A stretch of DNA of 63,317 nucleotides, filler included, from Octopus bimaculoides (taxonomy: Eukaryota): the NCBI RefSeq assembly GCF_001194135.2. It is 5 parts of 4 records of this genome, joined end to end, with 100 filler letters (N's around TTAATTAATTAA, not from the genome) between each part and the next. Parts side by side here need not be neighbours in the genome. Positions count along the whole stretch, not along the records: positions 1 to 31,952 come from NC_068988.1; 4 more parts are not named here. One strand, written 5' to 3'. This document shows, piece by piece, positions 13,926 through 27,200 of the stretch. The notes under the pieces were generated by a model. The model had not been told where the DNA came from, did no database searches, and was given only the letters and a program-made list of their open reading frames with translations. The position numbers and the translations under genes were made by a program. Position 1 is the stretch's first letter. Each line of letters opens with the position of its first letter.

Positions 13926-14113
13926 ATACATACATACATACATGCATACACATACACATACATACATACATGCAGGCAGGTGGGTAGGAAGAAAGAAAGA
14001 CAGAAAGAAAGATTATTACAGATCAATAGCTTAACTTTTTGTAGAATTAAATGTCAAAATACATAACAAATATCTGCACGGAATTTGAATTCTACTATTG
14101 CACTTCAGAATCC

Positions 14114-14171
<58 letters not shown>

Positions 14172-14896
14172 TATATGTACATATATATGTGTGTATGCAT
14201 TAATGTATCTACACAAACAGAGATGTATTATAAATATGTAGTACACAAACGCTCAAATATACATTGTGTGAGAGTATTGTATGTTTGCATGCATGTATGA
14301 GGATTTCTGGATGTGTTGGTGGTGGTGGTGAGGGTGTCTGCGTGTGTGTATTGTGTTGCGCGCACTCAAAAGTTTTCTCTGGGACGCATATAATTGAAAT
14401 TGGTCACTAATAACACTGAATGGCTTCTTTGTTTGAATCAAGATATTTTCTGGGATTAATGAGTATACTGTATGCATATATGTGAGGGTTTGTTATATAT
14501 TCATTCCCAGAAACTCAAATGCATGTATGTGCGTATTTATGACTGTTATTCATTAGGAATAAGATCCACGAAAGCATTATCGGCTTATTATATTTGAGAT
14601 AGGAAAATATTCGCGTGATTCGATCCAAACCGTTGGCTTCTACGTGATCACTCTAGACGCCAGAAATAGCGGTCAACGTCTCTCAGATTGCACTCAACCG
14701 TCTTAAAAGAAAATAGTCACATAAGACAAGAAGTTCCAGGTCCACCGGATACAAAATGGTCACTGTCGAAAACTTTTGCACATTAGTATGCTTAATCAGA
14801 ACAGACCCAGGTCTAAGTAACAACTTTTATATGATGCACACACGTCAGCGCACACGTACCTACAAATATGTGTACACGTACTCACAGATCTATTTA

Positions 14897-15228
14897 CAGG
14901 GCCGGATTAAGGCCAACTGATGCCTTAAGCACAGTCCAACAATGGTGCCCCCACCTCAACTCTTCTATTGTCTAACTGACAAGCCATTAAGACATATTAA
15001 GTGCTGAATGTGAAATATAGATTCAGTTTTCTTTCAGGCTAGACCTCACAAGTTTAACATAGTTACTAATTTTATTTTATTTCATTTTTAGCAATTAACA
15101 GAAAAACTCATAATTTACCATTTACACAATGGTAAATGTACTGGAAAAGAAAAAAAAACACATGATGCTCCAACACTTGGTGCCTAAATACATGCGTATA
15201 TTCTTTTAATGGCTAATCGTGTCATCTG
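14897..15228. mobile_element. Putative hAT-type MITE, decayed
   Basis: Starts CAGGGCCGGATTAAGGCC; right end TAATCGTGTCATCTG is a degenerate reverse complement. Confidence 0.5.
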
Positions 15229-16136
15229 TCTGTGAGGGATAATATATATGTATATATATATATTATAGATACATTATGTATGTGCGCGTGTGTATGTATG
15301 CGTGTGTATGCATGTGTGCGTGTGCGCGTGCATACGTAAGTATGCGTGTATGCATTAGGTTATATGCCTGTCTCAGCTTATGTAAATAATACTATATAGC
15401 GTGACCGCTGTCAAGCACTTGCTTCGCGAAGACGAGAATTGAGTTGCAAAGTTGCTGTCCAAAAAGAAGAAAATGAAAATAAGTATCATTAACTGTGAGT
15501 GAAGATTTGTAAGTATGAGAAAGAGCTGTTGGAGAAAGTGAATACAGAAGAATTATTCATTTTCTAACAACAGGTGGCAGACTGAGATAGGATAGTGTCT
15601 ACGTTAGTCTAATATGGTGCTTGTTGTCATCTGCATAACTATGAGTGCCAGTCCTCAAAATTAATGCGAAGATGATAAAAAAGAAAAGAAAAAAAAGAAA
15701 ACTGACAAGGATAAACAAACGTGCTCAACATAACATGTATACATAACGAATTTAATACGTTAAAAAGGAGCAGGTCCCGTATGATATCGTTGAAGGACAC
15801 CATTTTAAGTACGATAATTTCTTATCACAACGCATGCGCAAAGAATATAGGTAGAAAACAACATGCGAACTCATGGTATTTCAAGTGCATGCTGTATACA
15901 AAATCTGACCTATGAGATTCAGTGTAAAAAAATATATACATTCAAGATATTTTTTTATTAATTCTAATATTAATAAATTTCAAATATGCATTTAGAAACG
16001 GTAAAACTTTGGCACATTAAAAATGAAAGTATATTCGATAAATAAATTATACTTCCTTTGCTTAAAGAGAGACATCTGTAAGCGGCTAATAAATGCTGGA
16101 ATTTATTTATACTTGCAAACACAACACACACACACT

Positions 16137-16202
<66 letters not shown>

Positions 16203-16436
16203 NNNNNNNNNNNNNNNNNNNNNNNNNNNNNNNNNNNNNNNNNNNNNNNNNNNNNNNNNNNNNNNNNNNNNNNNNNNNNNNNNNNNNNNNNNNNNNNNNN
16301 NNNNNNNNNNNNNNNNNNNNNNNNNNNNNNNNNNNNNNNNNNNNNNNNNNNNNNNNNNNNNNNNNNNNNNNNNNNNNNNNNNNNNNNNNNNNNNNNNNNN
16401 NNNNNNNNNNNNNNNNNNNNNNNNNNNNNNNNNNNN

Positions 16437-16497
<61 letters not shown>

Positions 16498-18261
16498 ATC
16501 AAAGAAAGAAGAAAGAAGCAAACAAGAAAGAGAAAGAAAGCATCAAAGAAAGAGAAAGTGAGTTAAGGGCTGATGTACGTATTGCAAGCTGGAGAATAAA
16601 AGAAGAGAAAAAAAGAAGGGGAAACATAAAAGGTTTAAAGAATTTAACATGTTAAATAGTTCGTCTCTCATCTATATATATATGTGTACGCGTTTAACGT
16701 GTCTGCATATTAATGCCGGTGTATATGTACGTGCGTGCGTGCGCATGTATGCATGTATTTATTTATGTATAAGTGTATGTAAGTAAACATGCATGTATGC
16801 TCACATGTATATAGTCGTATGCGTACGTGTACATTCGAGTATGTGGATAAAATTAAAAAAGATAGATACAGGGAGATACAGAAAGAGAAGAAAAACTGAG
16901 ATTTGAGAGGAGAAAAACCGAGTGGGAGAAATACAAAGGAAAAGTGTAGGACTTGATGTTACTAAAATAATGACAGAAAAAACCTTCAGACAGAAATATT
17001 CAATAAACAACGGAAATGTTTAAAATACAAAACATAACATCGCTAAACTTATTAGCGAAACTAGCTGAAATTAAAGAGCTTTGTTTTAATTTTATATTCG
17101 TCTTGAAAGAGACTAATACGATGCAAAAGCTTTACAGTAAAGGACTAGCAGTTTAGACAAACGTTGCAGTAGCAACAGTCATAAAAATATGCTTAAAGGA
17201 AATGAATCTCATTGCTATTACCATCATAAGCAAAGTCGACATAGTAGTAATAATACTAAAATTAGAAATGGCGTTTGTAAAGACGGTGACGGGTGTTTTC
17301 TGAGTTCATCGTCGTGGTGGCAATAGCAGCTGTAGTAGTCGGTAGTAGTCGAAATGGAGATAGAAGCAGTGGCTAGCTTAATGTCGTCACTGTAGCGCCC
17401 GCTTGTCGACGACCACATTTATCACGCACATCGTTACCTAGGAAACATTGCGTGTGTATGCGCTTTATTCACATGCACGATTGTGTTACAGTGTGCCTAT
17501 GCCACAGCTAATGCATACACACGCTTATGTATGTGTGTTCGCATGTGCACGTGTACGGGAGTATGAACCTATTCATTCATGTATACCAATTAGCTTAGTT
17601 TGCTTGTTATATTTGACTATGAAATCTGTATATACCATTGTTTAGTTGATTTTTTTTTTCTTCTGAATATCGAATTGACTACTATATGTTGATGTTGTGT
17701 GTATGCAGTTGTGTGTAAGCGTAACAATAAAATAACTTCAGTTAGGAAACAATGGTAATGCCTTGCATATATACTATTTATAGTGCATACGTTGATTCCA
17801 ACGCTCGAAATCGGGATTAAGACTCATGACGGACTATATTCAGCAAATTTACTGAAAATTAAAATGAAAGCGACACGTTAAATAAATTGAATGTTAAACA
17901 TGAAATCTAAATTCAGTGTAAAAAAAAAAAAAAACACTTTTGATTCAGTGTTTTGTTATTTCTGAATTCAACTTGTCTTATTGAATAATTTAAGAGAATC
18001 ATGTTCACCGTTATCCCTTTCTTTGAGTTGATAACGACGTATAGGTAAGCTCTCTCTCTGTGATGAATCTGCTACCCTTCCGATTTTGATTTTATAGCCA
18101 TTTTACTTTATTTTCCTCACTAACGAGTGAAGATACACAATCTTTTTCAGCCTAATAAATCTAGATTTTGACCGTTCTTTTATTGTTAGAATTTACGCCG
18201 TACTTGAACAAAGATTATTTCACTGTAGTAAGGTAGACAGGATATACACATACATAAGCCT

Positions 18262-18470
18262 TTCTACCATAGGCACAAAGCCTCAAATTTTGTTGGGAGG
18301 ACGTTAGTCGATTATATTGACCCCAGTGCTCAATTGGTACTTATTTCATAGACCCCGAAAGGATGAATGGCAAAGTCGACCTCGGCGAAATTTGACTCAG
18401 AACATGAAACCAGAAGAAATGCTGCTAACCATTTTGGTCGGGAGTGCTAACAATCCTGCCAGTCCGCCAC
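18262..18470 (-). mobile_element. SINE family C
   Basis: Reverse complement of family C: GACCCCGAAAGGATGAATGGCAAAGTCGACCTCGGCGAAATTTGACTCAG. Confidence 0.85.
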
Positions 18471-18887
18471 TTCAGAGTATACATACATACATACATACAT
18501 ACATACATACATACATACGTACATATAGTGTGAAAGGGATAGATGTCAATCAGGTAAACTTATTGTTAGGTGTTTTTAGAAAACGCTTATTTGTAGCCTT
18601 GTTGGGAAAAGTAGAAACGGTGGTATAAAACACATTTTCTTCACTCCAGGGAAAAGACTTTAGCCACACTAGTTTCAACTTTTTCGACTGCTTCGTCAGA
18701 GATCGTTTATTCATATTGCCGTCTATAGGAAGGGTAGAAGTGTGTAGCTATTTATAGTATATATACATACACTAGCAAACTAAATTGATCAGTCCTACTT
18801 TGCATAACAATGGCAGCCTTGACAACATAAATAGCTAATCGAACCAATACACGGATATATGTAAGTTTGTGAGAGCGTGCGTGATTT

Positions 18888-18924
<37 letters not shown>

Positions 18925-19179
18925 ACACACACGTATGTATGTGCAAAATAAGTAAACCTGAACTAGAGGAAGAAAATAATACTCGATACTGAACGATAAT
19001 TATACGAGAAGCTGAAGGTTCCCAAATCATTATTCCATCTTTCTCGCTAGCAATTTTGTTTCCGTATTTAGTCAACAAAGAGAAACGTGGGGTAAATATT
19101 TGTGAAGCCTGCTTGTATACATGCAAAACATTAAATGGTATGATGCCGAATCAAACTGTTCTAAGAAATAATTATATAA

Positions 19180-19525
19180 GTAGCTTCTACTTTCGTATTG
19201 TTTGTGTTCACCTTGGGCAAATGTCTTCTATTATAACCTCGGGCCAACCAAAGCCTTGTGAGTGGATTTGGTAGACGGAAACTGAAAGAAGCCCATTGTA
19301 TTTGTGTGTTCTCTTGTTTGCGCTTGTCCCCCACCTCACTGCTTGACAACTCGTGTTGCTATGTTTACACCTCCGTAACTTAGCGGTTCCGCAAAATGAG
19401 TAGAATAACTATGGACTAGCCCCTTAAATAAGTCTTGAGGCTGATTTGCTCAACTAAAACCCTTCGACGCGGTGCTCCCGCATGGCCGGAGTCAAATAAT
19501 TGAAACAAGTAAAAGAAAAGAATAA
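19180..19525 (+). mobile_element. SINE family A
   Basis: CACCTTGGGCAAATGTCTTCTA...CAAAGCCTTGTGAGTGGATTTGGTAGACGGAAACTGAAAGAAGCCC...GAAACAAGTAAAAG. Confidence 0.9.
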
Positions 19526-20613
19526 AGCAATATATGTATGTACGTATGTATCGCTGTGTAGAGCCCGACTTTAGAAGAAATGCATTGTGTCCTTGAGTGA
19601 GGTAAACGATGAGTAAAAGGTTTGGTGACAGGAAAAGCATCCGGCTGTAATATTCTGCTTCAGCAGAACCACCCAGTCCATGTCAACCTGGGAAACCGTG
19701 CGTAAAATGCTACTGTCGATAATTTATACATATTCATTAGTTAGGGCGTAATATAGAATATCAAGTGATTTTTGTTCAGGCACTCGATCTTCTGATTTGA
19801 AATCTTGCTGAGATCAACTTTCTCTTTCATGTTTGCAGGGGTCGATAAATCAAGTGCCAGTCCAGAACAGTGAATTAGCCAAATGATTAGAGCGTCAGAT
19901 GAGATGATACTTTACAGTATTTTTTCTAGTTGTGTGTGTGTTCGGAGTTCTCTACTTTACCAATTCAGTATTAAGATCTGTAAGTGAATCTATGAATATT
20001 TAATAGATTATACACTGTACTCATAAAATTAATGTAGCCTAAGCTCATAGCCCTAGGAAGAATTTTCATGCATACATACATATTCATAAGTGTACAAAAT
20101 ATATATACAATATCTGTTTATGTACCCGTAAATATGTATGTCCACAGCATACGCACAAAAACGCGCGCGTGCGCGTGCGCGTATATGGCTCTGCTTTTGA
20201 GAGAATCTCTGAAACCACGAACGGAGGATCAACCAGGTTGCCTTTAGAAGTGAAAACTCTTGACGATCATTCATATCAAATTTTAAACGGTACTAGCATG
20301 AAGAAAAGAAAAAAACTGCGGTCGGAGATAAAACATTCTGTGATAGACTGTCCACCTGAAGCAAATAATTTACGCTACATCCATTTCTGCACACATATGT
20401 AAACTACAATGAAGACAACGGCTACAAGAACAACAACAGGAGCACGAACAATAAAAGCATGTAAACTGGTAAGTGTAACAAAAAGGAATGAACGGTGAAG
20501 CATATAATATACACACACACGAGGGCACATCATATTAAAACAACTACGTGCATGCATATCTATCTATCTATCTATCTATCTATCCCTATATATACATATA
20601 CATATATATATAT

Positions 20614-20644
<31 letters not shown>

Positions 20645-20888
20645 GAGATATATACATGTATATACATACATACACATATGCATACATACACACACATACA
20701 TACACGACTACCAAATTTGCTCACGAAGTCGGCACGAGCTACAATACAATACATAAGATCGCGGAGTAGGGATGCACCTGAAACCATGTGGTTGCAAAGT
20801 AACCTTCCTTAACCACGTAACTATGCTCCCAGATATATATATGTGCGCGCGCACACACACACACTATATCAAAAACTATATCAAAAAC

Positions 20889-20914
<26 letters not shown>

Positions 20915-20964
<50 letters not shown>

Positions 20965-21450
20965 GTTGTTGTTGTTGTTGTTGTTGAGTTTGAGAGCAGT
21001 GCATGCCATCAAAGTGACACTGGGGTAAAATATACGAAGCCCAGTACACCCATCGTGACTACTCGTCTACTAAGGGTACACCAAGCACATGCATCACACA
21101 CAACCATATGTGCGCGACATGCGATCTCATATCAAGATAAATAGCGCATGACCTTGCAGGTGGGGCCCAGTTAGAATTTTCTTCAGGTGAAGTAGTCCTT
21201 TCCACTCAAAAGTCCCTGAATAAGGTTTGTTTGAGGATGTTGAACGAAACACCCACGTTTCCAAAAGTGCATTATCCAAACCCCAAAGAATTCCTCTCAA
21301 CACATAGCTATGATGGTCCCCCACTACTTCTGCTCGTGATCAGAGATGCACATATCGTCAGACTCTAAAGGAGATGCTCAACTGGTTAAGGTCAAACAAC
21401 TGACAAGCAAATATCTAGTATTGAGCAGAATATTTGCTGTAGCCCATCCT
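20915..21450 (-). mobile_element. Non-coding retroposon with (CAA)/(TAA)n tail
   Basis: About 470-bp body ending on the minus strand in (CAA)n(TAA)n; recognised from memory as an abundant octopus repeat; no ORF. Confidence 0.55.
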
Positions 21451-21456
21451 TTATAC

Positions 21457-21900
21457 CATCCGAAAGGATGAAAGGCAAAGTTGACCTCGGCGGAATTTGA
21501 ACTCAGAACGTAACAATTTGTATGAGTCTCCCTCTACTTCTATCAAATTCCTGCTTCTGCTCACTTCCTCCATATCCAGCTTGATCAACTTGGTTTCCAG
21601 TGGCACTGGCTTCTTCGCCGCAGTGGCCCTGGCGTAGCTCTCCATACTGGAGACACTACCACTCGCCACAGCTGGGGAAAAAATGCAGCGGCTCGCGAGA
21701 AACGTAACAACAATAATTCTACAAAAAAATCACAATTATTCACAGAGACAACTTAGAGTAACTCATACAGTTTTCACAGAATAGCACAGCAATATTCACA
21801 ATAATTCACAATAATTCACAATAATTCACAATAATTCACGGAGAAGTTATACCGCTAAGCAGTTCGACAGGCGTGCTAACGTTTCTGCCTGCTCAAGCCT
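21457..21900 (-). mobile_element. SINE family C interrupted by about 335 bp of foreign sequence
   Basis: Head GCAGGCAGAAACGTTAGCACG..TGCTTAGCGGTAT at 21850-21895; continuation TTACGTTCTGAGTTCAAATTCCGCCGAGG at 21515-21460. Confidence 0.8.
21517..21850 (-). mobile_element. Probable LINE (L1/Tx1-like) 5'UTR and ORF1 start
   Basis: GC-richer segment encoding MASGSVSSMESYARATAAKKPVPLETKLIKLDMEEVSRSRNLIEVEGDSYK; an SYA.A N-terminus is common in LINE ORF1; preceded by (ATAATTCACA)n. Confidence 0.45.
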
Positions 21901-23534
21901 AAATGAGTAGCAGTTTATGGCGAAAGACTGGCAGAACTGCGTTCAAATCCTCCCATGGCCTACTTGGGTGGTATACTTAACCCGTTATCCTGTTTAACAA
22001 CGCCATGTAGCAGCTGGATGCCTGTAGCTTAGTTCACTCTGTTGTAATTATTTGGGTTAGATTTCCTGTTTGAGGATACCTTCCTTTCTCACCACGGATC
22101 GTGAGCACTATGTTCCCCCTTAACTGGAAAGGTGAAAGTAAAAGAACCTAAAGGTTGAGTGTCGAATGACATAGTAAATAATCCCTTGTATTTACAGTGT
22201 ACTGATTCCTATCCCGTTGCAGCTACTTTATCAATACACTATGAAAATGCAGTGTTTCGGTGATTGATTCAATGGGTTATATTTCACCATTCTTTATTTC
22301 ACTTGTGCAAAACGAAAAGCTGGGTATTAGAATCTAAGATAGCACAAAGCAACTACTATACATCACTTAGACATAATGGACATCATATAAATAGGCTTTT
22401 AAACTTAGTAGTCTAAATATCTGAGCTATTGTACTATTAAAATAAGTATTATCAAACTATGTTATACGGAGTTAATATCATATATTTCAGTAAGATGTTG
22501 TAATTTCCGGAGTGCTAAGTTCACATTTCGCTGGGTTTATACTTTGTCGATGGACACTATCTCTCTTCTTGTCGAGTTTTCAGAGTTAATAGGTGAAGTG
22601 TCAATGTACTCCCGATCATATATGTTCTATCATGGCTTGAACTGTAGTTGTTAAAAGCAGCTACAGAATCAGATGCTTTAAATTAAGCGCTTCAGAGTTC
22701 AATGTTTCGCAATTTTGAATGCAGTATTTAGATATAACCAACAGGTATTCACTTATAGGGAAACGATTTGTATGATGAACAATACGCTAATGGTATCAAT
22801 ATAGCGCCATTGTGGGATGTATAGTATCCCAGTTTTCATATTCTTTCGCAGTTAAAAGCATGTCCACTCTTGGACATAATATCAGTCTGTATTCTAAAAT
22901 TTGCAGATGGAAACATTTTAGCCTAGAATAACAACCTAATGAAATAGTCTATTACATAAATTTTGTAATGCTTACTGAAATGATCTATTCTTGCTTAGTG
23001 AACTGCACTATTGAGTTGTGTCTTCACTCGGAATAAAGTGTAACATTAGTAATGAAATACAAACTTAACTGTGTCAAGTCACTATTCGAATGGACAAAGA
23101 ATTTTACCAACTGCGAAACCCCACCAAAGAAAGAAACAAAAAAAAAAAAACTAATAATAATATATTTCTGACGCGTATTAAAGTTGCGCAGTCCAAGCCT
23201 TACAATTTATAATTCTGGCCTTCATGTTCCAGGGTCAAAATTATTTCAGGTTCTACTCTGCTTGTCATCCTTAGAGTATCGATAAAATCCACACCTTTCA
23301 AAGAGAATACTGATGTTAATTCACATAACAACACATTATTTAAATATTTCTGCTGGGAACCGCAGTACAGTTACGAGCTTTCAATTATTTCAGTACTCGA
23401 ACAAATATTTAATGAGTTAGTCCATTCAATGTTCCATTTCTGGAACATTTGAAGGTGAAATTCTTATTTCAGTCATAGAGCTATTATTCTTTTTCTTGCG
23501 TATTCAAACAAAATTTTTCAAATAGTGGTTTCAA

Positions 23535-23945
23535 ATTTTGGCGGAATGCCAGCAAGTTAGGAAGAAGGGGTAAATCGTTTACATCAAACTAAGGGCTCCA
23601 CTGGTACTTATTTTATCGAACCAGAAAGGATGAAAGGCAAATTAGGGAGAATTTGAACTCAGAAATGCAGCTGAGCATTTTGCCCAGCGCACTAACGATT
23701 CTGTCAGCTCACCACATTAAATTCTTCAAATATTGATTTCAAATTTTGGCACAAGGCCAGTAATTTCAAGGGTAAGTCGATTACATCAACCTCAGTACTC
23801 AATGTTACTTATTTTATCGACCCCGAAGGGATGAAAGGCAAAGTCAGTCTCAGCGAAATTTGAAGTCAGAATGTAAAGACGGACAAAATGCCGCTAAGCA
23901 TTTTACCTGGCGTGCTAATTATTCTGCCAGCTCACCGCCTTAAAT
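23535..23945 (-). mobile_element. Two tandem SINE family C copies
   Basis: Two GGATGAAAGGCAAA..TTTGAA.TCAGAA..GCTCACC blocks, each followed by AAATTCTTCAAATAT. Confidence 0.85.
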
Positions 23946-24049
23946 TCTTCAAATATCGGTATGTTTTCGTAATCAACTACTTTTAGACAAATTTCTTAGT
24001 TCTAGATGTAAGTTACTGGCAATGGCAAACATTTTCTAATTGTTTTAAT

Positions 24050-24235
24050 TGCCCTCACCCTTGATCAAGAGGAACATCGAACATGTGACTGCTGGAAAAA
24101 CAGAGAAGTGAACCAGTAGTTTGCTGGTACTAATTTTCAGCTGAGTAAACTGGAGCAACGAGAAACGGTATGCCTTGCTCAAGAATACAACGTGCTGCCT
24201 GGTCCAGCAACTGAACCCACGACTTCCACAATGTA
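24050..24235 (-). mobile_element. Decayed tRNA-derived SINE (additional family)
   Basis: Minus strand GTCGTGGGTTCAGTT (B-box-like)...TTCTTGAGCAAGGCA...TTGCTCCAGTTTACTCAGCTG. Confidence 0.55.
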
Positions 24236-27200
24236 CGTAACATCGAAATGATATGCTGTTTTCATAAACTACACTGTTATTTGGTGTATTAACAATCATT
24301 ATTATCGATAGTAATAAAGCGCATCGGAAATGTAGGCCATCGATTATGTACATCGTCGATATTATGCATGAAGAAATATAGTGCATCTTAAGTGATCGAC
24401 CAATTTAAGGTATCTGACAGATGTATTAGTAGTTATTGTACATGATAAAAGTTGATAATAGCTCTCCACATCTAAGATACTTGTTACAAAACAAGCGAAA
24501 TATATCTATTTATGTACCAGCTATGATTGTTTTTAAGAAAAAAATATACAATATAAAATGCTGTTATTTAAAATTCCATGTGTATGTAAAGAAAAGACCA
24601 GCTTCAACGATGGACGTGTACAAAAGAAACCAAATTAAGTATGTTGCTTTCAATTCAGAAAAAAACAAACAAACAAAACAAACGATTGAGATTTAAGTAG
24701 GGGAATAAAATCAAGAAATGTTTCACTAAGTAGTTCAATGAAATTTAGATATTGTATCTAAGATAACATTTATTTATTTATTTACTTATTAAATCGTATT
24801 TTCTACAATTTTATTGTTTGGCGGCTGAAAAGATACAGCAGAAAGCATTTGAAACAAGAGAATGTACTGGATTTAAATAGAAATGAAACAGGACGAGCAA
24901 AAAATTATGAAAAAAGAAGACAAAAATCAATAAATTCAATATGATGAAATCTAAGATCTAGAAAATAAGACCAAGTAGGAGTGAAACTATTGTGTTCGAA
25001 TGTCAATAAGTTTTTATGGATATCGATTATATAGTGGAGAAATAACTACCCGGCCTTGCTACAACAGTATATGAAACAACTGACTGAATTATTATTAATA
25101 TCGTAATAAGTGTTGTAGTTAGTGATAAGCTATGCACTGTTCGGACCATTCCACTGACTTACATATCTCTTATTTCCTTCTACGTACAATACAGTTTTCA
25201 TGACTCATCAAAAGACACGAAGTGTTGTCTACTGACGAGCGAAGTTGTGTCGAGGTTAGGTTGTCAGTGAAGCGAATCGGTAATCCATTTGAATCCATAT
25301 TGAAGATGTAAAATATATGTCAGTAGCGTTGTCAGGAGAAGCAGGAATATCATTACTCAATATGCCCTCGTTCTCAAAAATTTTGGCTTCAAGTCTAAAT
25401 AAGCGAGCATTCGTGATCTGATCAATGGGGTGAGTTAGAGGAGGAGAACCTGCAGCTTCCCGAGAGAAGTGCAACGCTTGAGAGAAAATTATTATATGGA
25501 ATGTCTTTTCTTGATTTAATTTTATTTGAAGTTTCTGAAGTAACTGCCAACTTAGAAACACCTACTTATATTACTCTACAATTCAAATAAATCGTTTAAA
25601 GTGTTTTAAAACAGAAATTAGAAAAATATTTGAAAACGTTATGGCGTTATTGCTTATTCGACATTTTCACGTTTGTTGGAGATTTTGTGAATTACCGTAT
25701 TTTATTCAATTATAGTCCAATAGTGTAAAAACGCTTTGAAACGTGGCCTTGTTAGATGGTAGTTAATCTCAACGTGCTCTTTCAACGTATAAAAGACGCC
25801 ACCATTATTTGGTATACAACAACGTGTATTCTCACCTGTAAGCCAAAGGATTGTCCAGTCATCTAATATGCAGAATTACAGTAAAGGGTAATGCGTAGCA
25901 TGGCCACTGATTCGAAACTACAATTGAAACTACTAATATCCTAACCACGCGCCATCCTAGGAAATGACTACAAACACTAAATAATATTTCTAAAAGCCAG
26001 ATATTATATGAGTGGCATTTTATGTATTCATTACTTTTTGCAACTCACCAAATTATTTACTAATATTTGCCTCACTTATTAATATATTATGTAACTAATA
26101 CAGAACATCGCCGGCAATAGCAATAGCAATTAATTAGCTCGAGTAAATTGTGTATGAAATGTTGATAGTCTAAATACGCGCCAGAAAGCCTAGACTTCGA
26201 AGAGATTGGCGATGGCTTGAACTGACGTCAATCAATTCTGAAAAAATACACGATAATAATAGAGAAAAGAAAATGATTGCAATGAGCTTTTAAGAAGACC
26301 TAACGTTTCAGGCAATGCTTGTCTGCTTAATCTTTCATTTCATCTGTAACAACCATTTGTACTACTTTTTATTCATACAGATCAGAAATATGACTAAGAT
26401 ATTTCTAATGTCTACATGTATAATTATATGTATACCTTTTTTTATTTATTCATTAGAATTTTTATTAAGAAGGAACTGGTTTTTAATAACTATGCGGATG
26501 TATTTGTGCATATATGCATAATTTTTCATTAAATACAAAGCCATAAGTATTCAGAGAGGGGAGTAATGTTTGATGTCCATTAATTTTTTGGCGATATTAG
26601 TTGATTAAGTGAAATAATTCGGCTTTAAACGAGCGTCAAAACCAGGTCGTGTATCCAACTAACTGGAAGCTCATTTCTACTGTACTATATCGTCACTAGC
26701 CTTTAATATATTGGTTTCCTTTTGACTTAAACATCAAGAGTCTAGATTTTAATTACACATTACTGTCCCTTGTGGATACGACATTCCATTTGACATAAGA
26801 CATCTAGTACATTTATGCATACAAGTGGTACACAACTGTTACTGGCCAGATAAATGTAAAACTTTTGGTTATATATATTGTAAACTAACATTCATATGAC
26901 TATGGAATTGAATTTAAAAAATTGGAAAAGTTCAGTGCTTTATAAAGATTCCAGATTTTGTCTTAATTATCAATGTTAACTTCAAAATTTTAACAAAATT
27001 GCAGCACTCCGGGCTAAATTTCCAGGGTCTGTACAATAGGTGATTATGTTGAACTTGAACCGGATTGAGAGACTATACGCTTTCTCTTCAAATTATATCA
27101 TACTCTAGCATCAAAAATTTCTACTAATGTGAATTTGTAATGGTAAGTCGAGATTTTAACTAGATTTCCATTTCCAAAGTTACTTCACTTACAGCACGGA

